Assembly (NCBI GenBank): GCA_039798385.1
Contig: JBDKGC010000112.1
Span: forward strand, 1 to 27,224
Origin: Bacillota bacterium
GTDB taxonomy: Bacteria > Bacillota > Bacilli > Thermoactinomycetales > Thermoactinomycetaceae
Reading direction: 5' to 3'
DNA: 27,224 nt
Positions 1 to 8,532 of the stretch are shown in pieces. The position numbers and the translations under genes were made by a program. Below the pieces are notes generated by a model that saw only the letters and a program-made list of their open reading frames with translations, was not told where the DNA came from and ran no database searches. Numbering within the stretch: the stretch's first letter is position 1; each line of letters opens with the position of its first letter.

Positions 1-77
1 AGCTTGAACTGCGGAGTGATTTTTTTTTTTATATTATTAACAAAGTTTATTATTTTAGATAACACATTTGATAACAT
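1..77 (-). CDS. Partial ORF (5' end only, runs off the window edge), MLSNVLSKIINFVNNIKKKITPQFK..., product unknown
   Basis: ATG at 77-75 preceded by SD GAGGTG (~86-93), 25 bp downstream of the minD stop; frame stays open to position 1. Confidence 0.45.
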   Translation of the reverse strand, partial: MLSNVLSKIINFVNNIKKKITPQFK

Positions 78-101
78 CGCTTTGCTCACCTCGCCCTTAT
101 T

Positions 102-905
102 TTAAGCCGTGCGGAAAAATAATTTCTTAATCTTCATCATTAATGAAGTTTCATCTACATTACGAATTGGTATTTGCTCACCCGCTATTCTTCGTGCTAT
201 ATCAGCATATGCAGCGCCAGCGCTAGACTTTTGATCTAGAATAATTGGTTCTCCTGTGTTAGAGGATCTAATGATACGTTTGTCTTCAGGGATAACGCCT
301 AATAATTCAATTGCTAGATGTTCTTGAATTCTTTTAACGCTTAACATGTCACCTTTACGGACCATATCAGGCTGTAATCTATTTACGATAAGGTCTATCT
401 GCTCAAGGTGTGCTGACTCTAATAGACCTATCACACGGTCTGAGTCACGGACCGAGGGAATTTCAGGGTTGACCACCACAATGGCACGATCAGCGGCCGC
501 TATTGAGTTTCTAAAGCCGCCTTCAATCCCTGCTGGAGAATCAATAAGTATATAATCAAACTCCCGCTTTAGCTCTTCGATTACGCGTTTAACTTCTGCC
601 GGTGTAATCTCCTCTTTATACCTAGTTTGAGCTGCTGGGAGAAGCGCTAAGTTAGGATAGTCTCGATGTCTGACCAACGCTTGCCGCAACCTACAGATAC
701 CTTCAATTACATCGACAATGTCATATACAATTCTATTTTCTACACCTAGCATTAAGTCGAGTTTTCGTAGACCAATATCTGTATCGACTAAACAGACTTT
801 ATTACCAAGTTGAGCTAAACCTATGCCAAGTGAAGCTACTGTTGTAGATTTACCAACACCACCTTTTCCGCTAGTGATGGTTAGTGCTAACGGACCAAAC
901 GTCAT
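102..905 (-). CDS. minD: Septum site-determining ATPase MinD
   Basis: Deviant Walker A SGKGGVGKST, DTDIGLRKLD, IDSPAGIE, VRDSDRVIGLL, C-terminal amphipathic helix (LMMKIKKLFF); SD AAAGGAG upstream. Confidence 0.96.
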   Translation of the reverse strand: MTFGPLALTITSGKGGVGKSTTVASLGIGLAQLGNKVCLVDTDIGLRKLDLMLGVENRIVYDIVDVIEGICRLRQALVRHRDYPNLALLPAAQTRYKEEITPAEVKRVIEELKREFDYILIDSPAGIEGGFRNSIAAADRAIVVVNPEIPSVRDSDRVIGLLESAHLEQIDLIVNRLQPDMVRKGDMLSVKRIQEHLAIELLGVIPEDKRIIRSSNTGEPIILDQKSSAGAAYADIARRIAGEQIPIRNVDETSLMMKIKKLFFRTA

Positions 906-1052
906 AACAACTTGCTCCTTTCGCCAAACCCTAGTGTATCAAAAGCTTAACAAAATATTCGACAAACTAGGCGAAACATCCCCCCTAAACTCAGGTTTTT
1001 CTCCAAATTAAGACAGCAGGCCAGACTAGAGCGAGAAAAATATGTAAAAAAA

Positions 1053-1129
1053 TGGCGTCCCAGGGACGATTCGAACGCCCGACCGACGGCTTAGAAGGCC
1101 GCTGCTCTATCCTGCTGAGCTACTGGGAC
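1053..1129 (-). tRNA. tRNA-Arg (anticodon UCU)
   Basis: Reverse complement GTCCCAGTAGCTCAGCAGGATAGAGCAGCGGCCTTCTAAGCCGTCGGTCGGGCGTTCGAATCGTCCCTGGGACGCCA: acceptor stem GTCCCAG/CTGGGAC, anticodon loop CT-TCT-AA, TTCGAAT T-loop, encoded CCA. Confidence 0.97.
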
Positions 1130-1140
1130 AATTTTATTCA

Positions 1141-1169
1141 ATTTTATCATTAAATGGGTAAATCGTCAA
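1141..1169 (-). promoter_or_regulatory. sigmaA-type promoter of tRNA-Arg
   Basis: TTGACG-N17-TAAAAT with TG extension, about 11 nt upstream of the tRNA. Confidence 0.75.
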
Positions 1170-1275
1170 ATGGGTTAAAGAGAATTGGGCAGCTAACCGT
1201 TGCCATTTGTCAAGTAGTGCATAAGCTTATTAATGTGAATGTTTAAGTATCTAAAAATAGAAATGAGGTAAAAAA

Positions 1276-2391
1276 TTGTACGATCCCTATTTTCATATAA
1301 ATGTTACCCCTTTTTATCAAACATTACTTACCCGGTGGGAGGGTGAGATAAGTGGAGCTGACTATAATTCTAGAGATACAGCTAAAGAACGAACTGAAAA
1401 ACTTACTCTGTTACAGAATGCTTTAAGAAATGCTCAAAGAAGTACCCTTAGTGCTCAATTTGCAAAGACAGAGGCAGATAGAGCTGCCTATAATCTTTTT
1501 TTGCAAAGTCTAAGTGATAAAATAGCAAGTTTTGAGGTCGCCAATATACCCGTAGCTGGATTAAGATCTGGCGTTGAAAGTCTTCTTGAAAAGTCAAGAG
1601 AGCAAACACCGGTAACTTTAGTACCGACACCAAGTCTAACAGAAGGGTCTGCGCTATTGCTACCGCTAACACCAGCCGCGCCTCCAGCCTTTGGTGCTGA
1701 GCCTTTTATACCACCTGTAGGGCCTAGTATGGGAGCCCCAAGCTTTGTGGAGCCTTTCATGCCACCTGGATTACCCCTGCCATTATCTCCAGTTGAAGCA
1801 GAAACCCAGCCCTTTCCGATGGTAGAGCCTAGTATGGGAGCCCCAACCTTTGGTGTTGAGCCTTTCATACCACCTGACTTACCTCTACCATTATCTCCAG
1901 TTGAAGCAGCAACCCAGCCCTTTCCGATGGTAGAGCCTGGTATGGGAGCTCCAAGCTTTGGTGCGGAACCTTTTGTACCATCTGACATACCTCTGCCATT
2001 ATCTCCAGTTGAAGGAGAAAACCAGCCCTTTCCAGCAATTTTTGGGGCGGAAGAAGAGATGCGTGAGTTTCCCGCTACAAGTTTTACCGAGTTTACTGCA
2101 GCTGGCAGAACTCCTTTTACCCCTCCTGTTCTCCAGCCGATAACTTATCCAGCTGTTACGCCACTGCCAGCAAATTTAACCACAGCCGAGTTGCGCGATT
2201 TGCTTAATGAAGCCGCAACTCTGGCCAAAGAAAAAGAGTTAGAAGCAGCCCAGAAGTTAGTTGATTTAGTAAATTATATTCTAAGATTCAACCAAAATGT
2301 TTGGGTAGACGTTAATTATGCTGCGCTTAAAGCACAAGCCAATTCTGTACAAGAAATGATTAAATACCGAAGCAAGCCTAGTATAAAGTAG
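1276..2391 (+). CDS. Hypothetical protein with helical termini and a central Pro-rich tandem-repeat region (possibly spore coat/morphogenetic)
   Basis: 371-aa ORF, TTG start with GAGG SD; no signal peptide or TM segment evident; three ~36-aa repeats. Confidence 0.8.
   Translation: MYDPYFHINVTPFYQTLLTRWEGEISGADYNSRDTAKERTEKLTLLQNALRNAQRSTLSAQFAKTEADRAAYNLFLQSLSDKIASFEVANIPVAGLRSGVESLLEKSREQTPVTLVPTPSLTEGSALLLPLTPAAPPAFGAEPFIPPVGPSMGAPSFVEPFMPPGLPLPLSPVEAETQPFPMVEPSMGAPTFGVEPFIPPDLPLPLSPVEAATQPFPMVEPGMGAPSFGAEPFVPSDIPLPLSPVEGENQPFPAIFGAEEEMREFPATSFTEFTAAGRTPFTPPVLQPITYPAVTPLPANLTTAELRDLLNEAATLAKEKELEAAQKLVDLVNYILRFNQNVWVDVNYAALKAQANSVQEMIKYRSKPSIK
1720..2040 (+). repeat. Intragenic tandem repeat, 3 copies of a 105-108 bp unit
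   Basis: Units start at 1720, 1825 and 1933 (GxGCCT[A/G]GTATGGGAGC..); peptide unit EPSMGAPTFGVEPFIPPDLPLPLSPVEAATQPFPMV; a partial earlier copy (AFGAEPFIPP) lies at ~1687. Confidence 0.9.
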
Positions 2392-2398
2392 CTGTACC

Positions 2399-3586
2399 TT
2401 AAGGCCGTGCCGCGCCAGTTTCTTTGGCAGCGCTTGCGACGGCCTGAGGTATTTTTTTTAAGAGCCGGGGATCAAATGGTTTGGGCAAGATATAGGTTGG
2501 TCCAAATTTGAGCGCTAACTCATCATTTTGATGCACTAAAGTTCGCAGAGCTTCTGTTGCTGCAATTAACATTGTTTGAGTAATTTGGCACGCTCGTGCA
2601 TCCAATGCACCGCGGAAGAGATAGGGGAAGCATAAAACATTATTGACTTGGTTTGGATAGTCGTTTCGACCTGTGGCTACGATAATATCAGGTCGAAGTG
2701 CATGCACAAGTTCTGGGTCAATCTCAGGTTCTGGATTAGAGAGCGCAAAGAGAATAGCCCGCTCATTCATAGTGCGTAGCAACTCTGCTGTTAAAAGGTT
2801 AGGACCGGAAAGGCCAATAAAGAGATCAGCCCCTTTGATGGCTTCTTTTAAGGTGCGCATGTCGGTGTTAGTGGCAAACTCAGCTTTATATGAATTTAAA
2901 CCTTGACGCCTGTTATGAATAATCCCTTGGCGATCCACCATTGTGATCGCTTCGCGCGGCAGCCCTAAAGCTACAAGTAATCGCATGGTGGCGATGGCGG
3001 CGGCACCAGCGCCTAAACAGACTGTTTGAATATTAGTAAGTGTTTTGTTTTGCAACTCTAGGGCATTAAGTAAGGCTGCAGCGACAACTACGGCTGTGCC
3101 GTGTTGATCATCATGAAAAACTGGGATTGGCAGACGTTCAGTTAATTCTCGTTCAATTATAAAGCAATCCGGACTTTTAATATCTTCTAAATTTATACCG
3201 CCAAATGTTGGGGAGATGTTTGCAACTGTTTCGATAAAAGAAGCTGTAGTTGGGGCGTCGATTTCAATATCAAAGGCATCAACACCTGCGCAGCGTTTAA
3301 ATAGAGCGGCTTTCCCTTCCATGACAGGCTTGCTGGCTAAGGGTCCCAAGTTACCTAAGCCTAAGATGGCAGAACCATTGGTAATCACGGCCACTAAATT
3401 ACCTTTGGCGGTGTATTTATAGACATCGGCAGGATTATTTGCAATAGAGCGAACAGGCTCAGCGACGCCTGGTGTATAGGCCAGCAAAAGATCTTGTTCG
3501 GTCTCCATCGCTTTTGTTAAATTAATGCTAAGCTTTCCTGGAGTAGGTAGTTCGTGATAATCTAAAGCGTTTAATTTTAGTGTCAC
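2399..3586 (-). CDS. NAD(P)-dependent malic enzyme (short MaeB type, no PTA domain)
   Basis: AYTPGVAEP, NLVAVITNGSAILGLGNLG, SKPVMEGK, FGGINLEDI, PVFHDDQHGTA, GAGAA, FALSNPEPEI, YPNQVNNVLCFP. Confidence 0.95.
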   Translation of the reverse strand: MTLKLNALDYHELPTPGKLSINLTKAMETEQDLLLAYTPGVAEPVRSIANNPADVYKYTAKGNLVAVITNGSAILGLGNLGPLASKPVMEGKAALFKRCAGVDAFDIEIDAPTTASFIETVANISPTFGGINLEDIKSPDCFIIERELTERLPIPVFHDDQHGTAVVVAAALLNALELQNKTLTNIQTVCLGAGAAAIATMRLLVALGLPREAITMVDRQGIIHNRRQGLNSYKAEFATNTDMRTLKEAIKGADLFIGLSGPNLLTAELLRTMNERAILFALSNPEPEIDPELVHALRPDIIVATGRNDYPNQVNNVLCFPYLFRGALDARACQITQTMLIAATEALRTLVHQNDELALKFGPTYILPKPFDPRLLKKIPQAVASAAKETGAARP

Positions 3587-3711
3587 GTTTTTTCAGACCT
3601 TAATTTAAATTAGCGTGCATAGCCGGCTTGAAAATTAGCTGCATGTGCCGTGCATTACTTACTTATTATTTTATTATAAAGTAAATGTTAATACAATTTA
3701 GCCACTTTTTC

Positions 3712-4422
3712 TTAGATGTTGTTTTTGTGTGGTAGGTGTTCTAAACCAGCTTTATGCGGGTCACCTTGAAAATAATAACGCGGTACTTCACCGACAATAA
3801 TTGTCTGTGCTAGCGGAAACTCTTGCACAATTGGTAATTTTTCTTCCATGAACGGGACGATTACACCTATTTGATGTGAGACTTGTGCCGTTAGTTTTAT
3901 CGCAACCATATTTATCCCTTGGGCTTCTAATTTTGGCAGCAGTGTAATTTTAACTGCACCTTCAGGTCTGATGGTTAAGGAGATGGTAGGCCCGTAATGT
4001 GATAGTGTATTACTTTGGAGGATTTCTCCAAGACTAAGTTTAATGGTCGCATTGTTCAATTTATTTAATGATTCTTGCACTTTTGTTGTTAACTGTGTAT
4101 AGACCTCTGTTTCAAGAGCTGAATTAAGTTTAACATCAGTGATTTTTTCGTGAAAATTTTTGTTAATAATTAAGATATTGTTTAAACGTGGCCCAAGTTG
4201 TTTGCGGGCCTCTTCGATACCTTGTGAGGTGGCGGTCTGTGTTGTTTTAATAACTTCCGTTTTAGCAACAGCAATTAAGATCTTTTCTATTTTTTGTTCT
4301 GCAATCCAGAATAAAAGGCCAAAAAAAGATAATATCATAATAAAAAGTGTTAATTTATTTAGTTTTAATTTTTTTATCCGTAAGCGGTTATTGCTTTTGG
4401 TATGGAATACGTTGCGTTTCAT
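3712..4422 (-). CDS. yunB: Sporulation protein YunB
   Basis: Basic N-terminus plus one TM helix, then LSLGEILQSNTLSHYGPTI, GIN, and C-terminal PLAQTIIVGEVPRYY, typical of YunB. Confidence 0.88.
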   Translation of the reverse strand: MKRNVFHTKSNNRLRIKKLKLNKLTLFIMILSFFGLLFWIAEQKIEKILIAVAKTEVIKTTQTATSQGIEEARKQLGPRLNNILIINKNFHEKITDVKLNSALETEVYTQLTTKVQESLNKLNNATIKLSLGEILQSNTLSHYGPTISLTIRPEGAVKITLLPKLEAQGINMVAIKLTAQVSHQIGVIVPFMEEKLPIVQEFPLAQTIIVGEVPRYYFQGDPHKAGLEHLPHKNNI

Positions 4423-4604
4423 TAAATAGTGGCACCGGTCCTTCTTATAAAAAAACTAAAGTTTATTTCTGTGTATATATATGTGGCAATCAGAAAAGTG
4501 ATTACATATATAGTAAGTGTAGATGTTTAATTAATATTATTTAGTTATACATTTGCATAAGGCTTTACTATCTTCTATGTGACAGTAGTACGGGGGTTTT
4601 TAGC

Positions 4605-4973
4605 TTGATTAGGGAGCACTACCACCCTGGCTTTAATGAAGATTTAAAGTATTTAAGTATGTTTTTTCCACATGGTTTATTCCCAAAGTTTTTGCTACAA
4701 TTAGATCGGACGGTTGATCAAATTATAGCTAATCCTTATAGGGGAGCCCGACTAAAGTATCCACCCCTAGATGGTTTTTATAAGAGAAAGTTTTTTTCAA
4801 TGTCACGACCTAAAAGTTACGATAGGCCCGATATGCGTCTTATTTATTGGTGGGATGCCAAGAAGCGGTTATTCAAGTTTTTATGTGTCGGCCGGCGTGT
4901 TATAGATAAACCATACCATCAGTATGATGTTTATCAGCAAGCGAAACTTCGTGACTTGTACAATTGGCAGTAA
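4605..4973 (+). CDS. RelE/ParE-fold protein (putative toxin), no adjacent antitoxin
   Basis: 122 aa, basic; YHPGFNEDLK, I..NPYRGARLK..L.GFYKRK, DMRLIY, hydrophobic strand followed by VG.R; TTG start with GGGGG SD. Confidence 0.65.
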   Translation: MIREHYHPGFNEDLKYLSMFFPHGLFPKFLLQLDRTVDQIIANPYRGARLKYPPLDGFYKRKFFSMSRPKSYDRPDMRLIYWWDAKKRLFKFLCVGRRVIDKPYHQYDVYQQAKLRDLYNWQ

Positions 4974-5002
4974 ATTTTTTCACTAGTTTTTCGGGAGTCC
5001 CC

Positions 5003-5031
5003 TTGAAAAAATTTTCAAAACATGGTATCAT
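5003..5031 (+). promoter_or_regulatory. sigmaA-type extended -10 promoter of the cold-shock gene
   Basis: TTGAAA-N17-TATCAT preceded by TG; implies a ~100-nt 5' UTR. Confidence 0.7.
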
Positions 5032-5139
5032 ACGTCTATCTTGTTAAAAAGCGTTTTTAGGTTACAGATCCACTCTGAGCAATTGGTTCATGTGTTGGGG
5101 ATGCAGGTTCGCTTTTTAATTAAATAAGGAGGCCCCAAC

Positions 5140-5379
5140 TTGAAGGGTAGAGTAAAGTGGTTTAATGCAGAAAAAGGTTATGGTTTTATTGAGCGTGAGG
5201 ATGGTGGAGACGTATTTGTGCATTTCTCTGCAATCAAGGTCGATGGTTTTAAGACCCTTGATGAGGGAGAGGAAGTAGAATTTGAAATAGTGGATGGTGA
5301 TCGTGGTCCGCAAGCGTCAGACGTTAAACGTTGTGCCCAGGGACAACAGTCAATGGATGATGGAAGAAGACCAGAATAG
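5140..5379 (+). CDS. csp: Cold-shock protein (CspA family)
   Basis: [16 protein letters not shown] (RNP1), DVFVHFSAI (RNP2), GPQASDV; SD AAGGAGG. Confidence 0.97.
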   Translation: MKGRVKWFNAEKGYGFIEREDGGDVFVHFSAIKVDGFKTLDEGEEVEFEIVDGDRGPQASDVKRCAQGQQSMDDGRRPE

Positions 5380-5399
5380 ATAATTTTTGCAAATGTTTG

Positions 5400-5430
5400 A
5401 GCAGCTAGTTTTTTTAAGACTAGCTGTTTT
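5400..5430 (+). terminator. Intrinsic terminator after csp
   Basis: Stem AGCAGCTAGT / ACTAGCTGTT followed by a T run. Confidence 0.75.
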
Positions 5431-5463
5431 ACATATATATTTTGGTAACAAGGAGAGTTTTTT

Positions 5464-6492
5464 TTGAGAGCCATTATAAAATGTGATCGAGCACGCGGAG
5501 CTTTGCTTAAGTCGGTAAATGAGCCAGTGCTTGCTGAAAATGAGGTCTTAATTGCTATTAAGTATGCTAGTTTATGTGGTACTGATTTGCACATTTATAA
5601 GTGGGATGCCTGGGCTGCTGGTCGGACAAGGCCGCCCTATATTGTTGGGCATGAAATGGGCGGGGAGGTTGTTGCTGTTGGCAAGCAGGTAAGCTCTGTT
5701 TGTGTGGGGGACTTTGTTGCTGCTGAGACTCATATCGTTTGTAATAAATGTTTAGCCTGTCGGACTGGTAATGGCCATTTGTGTCATGAGACAAAGATTA
5801 TTGGTGTAGACTGTGCTGGTTGTTTTGCGGAATATATTAAATTACCCGAGGCCAATCTTTGGCGACTTGATGAAAAGATACCATTAACTTGGGCGCCACT
5901 AATGGAGCCAATGGGTAATGCCGTTCATGCCTTGTTTTCCCAACAAGTTGCAGGGAGAACAGTAGCGGTAATTGGTTGTGGTCCATTAGGCTTGCTTTCG
6001 ATTTTAGTTGCGAGGGCTATGGGTGCACAGTCGATTATTGCTGTGGAGCCACATCCGGAACGTTTAGAGCTAGCACGTAAGATGGGTGCCAATTTTACTA
6101 TTTCGCCTGGAGAGTGTAATCCGGAGCGTGAAATAGCTGATTTAACAGCAGGGCTTGGGGTTGATATCTTGCTGGAGATGTCTGGCAATGACCGGGTGAT
6201 AGCGGAGATCGGCAAGTATGTCCGTCCTGGCGGAAAAATTTTACTGGTGGGTTTACCGGTTAAACCGGTTACAATCGACTTAACAAATGATATTATTTTT
6301 AAAGGGATAGTAGTGCAAGGAATCATTGGTCGTTTGATGTATAAAACATGGGAGCAGACGTCAAATTTATTAAAGAGTGGTCTGGTTGATTTAGATAAAG
6401 TTATTACACATAGGTTTACTTGGGATAGATATGAAGAGGCGTTTGCTTTAATGGAAAAAGGTAATTGTGGTAAAATATTGTTAGAATTTTAA
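5464..6492 (+). CDS. tdh: L-threonine 3-dehydrogenase
   Basis: Zn-MDR: LCGTDLHIY.W..W, GHE.GGEV, CNKC..C...HLC, GCGPLG; directly upstream of kbl. Confidence 0.94.
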   Translation: MRAIIKCDRARGALLKSVNEPVLAENEVLIAIKYASLCGTDLHIYKWDAWAAGRTRPPYIVGHEMGGEVVAVGKQVSSVCVGDFVAAETHIVCNKCLACRTGNGHLCHETKIIGVDCAGCFAEYIKLPEANLWRLDEKIPLTWAPLMEPMGNAVHALFSQQVAGRTVAVIGCGPLGLLSILVARAMGAQSIIAVEPHPERLELARKMGANFTISPGECNPEREIADLTAGLGVDILLEMSGNDRVIAEIGKYVRPGGKILLVGLPVKPVTIDLTNDIIFKGIVVQGIIGRLMYKTWEQTSNLLKSGLVDLDKVITHRFTWDRYEEAFALMEKGNCGKILLEF

Positions 6493-6512
6493 AAAGAATA
6501 GGGGGATTATGC

Positions 6513-7688
6513 GTGTCCTTTTTTGCGCGGCTAAATGATGAAATAGAAAAGTGGCACAATGAAAAGGCTTATCGTCCTTTAACAGTAATAAGTTCAGCAC
6601 AATCTTCGCGTGTAAGCATTGGTGGTCGGGAGGTAGTACAATTATCTTCTAACAACTACTTGGGTTTAACAAGTCATCCCCGATTAAAAAAAGCAGCAGC
6701 AGTAGCGACAGCTAAGTGGGGAGTTGGAACAGGTTCAGTACGAACTATTGCTGGCAACTTAGCGTTGCATAAAGCGTATGAGCAAAGGTTAGCAGCGTTT
6801 AAGGAGACTGAAGCGGCTTTAACTTTTCAATCGGGTTTTACAGCAAACTTAGCAGTTTTAACTTCGCTGCTCACAAAAGATGATGCTGTGTTTAGTGATG
6901 AATTAAATCATGCTAGCATTATTGATGGGATACGTTTGACGAAAGCAAAACGCTATATTTACAAACATAGTGATATGAAAGCACTTGAAGAAGCCTTAGC
7001 CGATAGTACAGAAAGTGACGGCAGGTTAATTGTGACTGATGGTGTTTTTAGTATGGATGGTGACATTGCTTTATTACCCGAGATAGTAAAATTAGCAAAA
7101 AAATATAAGGCTACTGTGATGGTTGATGATGCCCATGCTAGTGGTGTGTTGGGTAGGAATGGTAGGGGTTCTGTTGATTATTTTTCTTTACATGGTCAGG
7201 TGCCGATTCAAGTAGGTACGCTTTCAAAGGCGATTGGTGTGGTAGGTGGTTATGTTGCTGGACCAAAGGTTTTAATAGATTATTTAAGTCAACGTGCGCG
7301 TCCGTTTCTTTTTAGTACATCGCAGCCTCCAGGAGTTATTGCTGCATGTGATGCAGCTTTAGATGTCTTGTTGCAGGAGCCGCAATTAATTGATCAGTTA
7401 TGGAAAAATACTAATTTTTTTAAATCGGGATTAAAAAATTTAGGTTTTAATATTGGGCCGGGCCAAACACCGATTACGCCTATTATGTTAGAGGAAGATT
7501 CGTTAGCAATGCAGTTTTCGGATCTACTGCTAGGGGCAGGAGTTTATGCGCAAGGTATTTACTTCCCCACGGTGCCGAAGGGTCGAGCGCGGATCCGCAC
7601 GATTGTTACAGCGCTGCATTCAAAGGAAGATTTAGCTTTTTGTTTACATGTATTTGAGCGAACGGGACAAGCCTTGGGGATTATCTAA
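6513..7688 (+). CDS. kbl: Glycine C-acetyltransferase (2-amino-3-ketobutyrate CoA ligase)
   Basis: SSNNYLGL, SDELNHASIIDG, DGVFSMDGD, VDDAHASG, GTLSKA (PLP Lys), VPKGRARIR; paired with tdh. Confidence 0.92.
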   Translation: MSFFARLNDEIEKWHNEKAYRPLTVISSAQSSRVSIGGREVVQLSSNNYLGLTSHPRLKKAAAVATAKWGVGTGSVRTIAGNLALHKAYEQRLAAFKETEAALTFQSGFTANLAVLTSLLTKDDAVFSDELNHASIIDGIRLTKAKRYIYKHSDMKALEEALADSTESDGRLIVTDGVFSMDGDIALLPEIVKLAKKYKATVMVDDAHASGVLGRNGRGSVDYFSLHGQVPIQVGTLSKAIGVVGGYVAGPKVLIDYLSQRARPFLFSTSQPPGVIAACDAALDVLLQEPQLIDQLWKNTNFFKSGLKNLGFNIGPGQTPITPIMLEEDSLAMQFSDLLLGAGVYAQGIYFPTVPKGRARIRTIVTALHSKEDLAFCLHVFERTGQALGII

Positions 7689-7704
7689 AGTTTAGGAGTA
7701 AAAA

Positions 7705-8517
7705 GTGGCTAAAGAAAGAGTAGATCTATTGCTGGTTCAACGTGGTCTTTGTGAAAGCCGCGAGCAAGCAGCCCGTTCAATTATGGCCGGTTTGGTTTAC
7801 ACAGAGGAGAAACGGATTGATAAGCCTGGCACGAGAGTAGGGACCGAAGTTCCACTTGAGCTAAGAAGACAGCTGCATCCCTATGTTAGTCGTGGGGGTC
7901 TTAAACTAGAAAAAGCTTTAAAAGTTTTTAATCGGAATGTTAATGGTGCCATTGGTCTCGATATAGGTGCATCTACTGGGGGGTTTACTGATTGTCTGCT
8001 GCAGCATGGAGCACAGTTAGTCTATGCAGTGGAAATAGGTTATGCCCAGCTAGCCTGGAAGTTAAGACAGGATAAACGCGTTATAGCAATGGAACGGTGC
8101 AACTTTTTACAGCTTTCAGCACAGCAGTTAACATTTGGTCTACCAAATGTAGTGGTTTTAGATCTGTCGTTTGTATCTGTCTGTAAAATGTTTGAGCATG
8201 TGAAGTCCCTGTTAGCACCACAGGGCTTTAGTATTGTTTTAATAAAACCACAGTTCGAAGCTGGTCGCAGTGAAATAGGAAAGCGTGGGGTCGTTAAGTG
8301 CCCTGAGGTTCATAAGACCGTTTTAGAGAAGGTGTTAAATATAGCTAGAGTGGCCAAATTAGCTTGCAGCGCTATTGATTACTCACCTATTCGTGGTGGT
8401 CGCAGAGGAAATATAGAGTTTATTGCGCTTTTTTTTCATGCGGAAGAGTCAAATTTTTGGCCAGTACTTGATATTGAGCAAACGGTATGCGAGGCACATC
8501 GCTATTTTTCAAAATGA
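7705..8517 (+). CDS. tlyA: TlyA-family rRNA 2'-O-methyltransferase
   Basis: S4 domain KERVDLLLVQRGL, YVSRGGLKL, DIGASTGGFTD, DLSFVS, IKPQFE, GNIEF (K-D-K-E tetrad). Confidence 0.95.
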   Translation: MAKERVDLLLVQRGLCESREQAARSIMAGLVYTEEKRIDKPGTRVGTEVPLELRRQLHPYVSRGGLKLEKALKVFNRNVNGAIGLDIGASTGGFTDCLLQHGAQLVYAVEIGYAQLAWKLRQDKRVIAMERCNFLQLSAQQLTFGLPNVVVLDLSFVSVCKMFEHVKSLLAPQGFSIVLIKPQFEAGRSEIGKRGVVKCPEVHKTVLEKVLNIARVAKLACSAIDYSPIRGGRRGNIEFIALFFHAEESNFWPVLDIEQTVCEAHRYFSK

Positions 8518-8532
8518 GGGTGGGTATGAAAG

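Noticed and set aside
20-30. 11-nt T homopolymer as a phase-variation tract
   Set aside because: It encodes Lys codons in frame in an AT-rich genome, and there is no frameshift evidence within the window.
1195-1230. sigmaK/sigmaE promoter for the Pro-rich gene (CATAAGCTT at 1220)
   Set aside because: No -35 element at the proper spacing (AACC is 21 nt away), so it is too weak to call.
1720-2040. Repeats as a CRISPR array
   Set aside because: The units are contiguous, in-frame coding repeats with no unique spacers, and there are no cas genes.
1448-2143. Gly-rich 166-aa minus-strand ORF and other ORFs over the repeat
   Set aside because: These are antisense or frame shadows of Pro codons. 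There is no Gly-X-Y periodicity, so it is not collagen-like.
4347-4544. 65-aa ORF as the antitoxin of the RelE-like gene
   Set aside because: It overlaps the yunB start on the opposite strand, is hydrophobic and Cys/Tyr-rich rather than acidic, and has no SD or DNA-binding motif.
1053-4973. tRNA-anchored genomic island or prophage
   Set aside because: No integrase, no duplicated tRNA 3' end and no phage genes were seen; yunB in the interval is a core sporulation gene.
5116-6326. Minus-strand ORFs 5116..5313, 5178..5594, 5567..5794 and 5925..6326
   Set aside because: Antisense shadows of csp and tdh, with no motifs or SDs.
7705-8517. TlyA as a haemolysin/virulence factor
   Set aside because: The motifs and the nadK-linked context fit the housekeeping rRNA methyltransferase.
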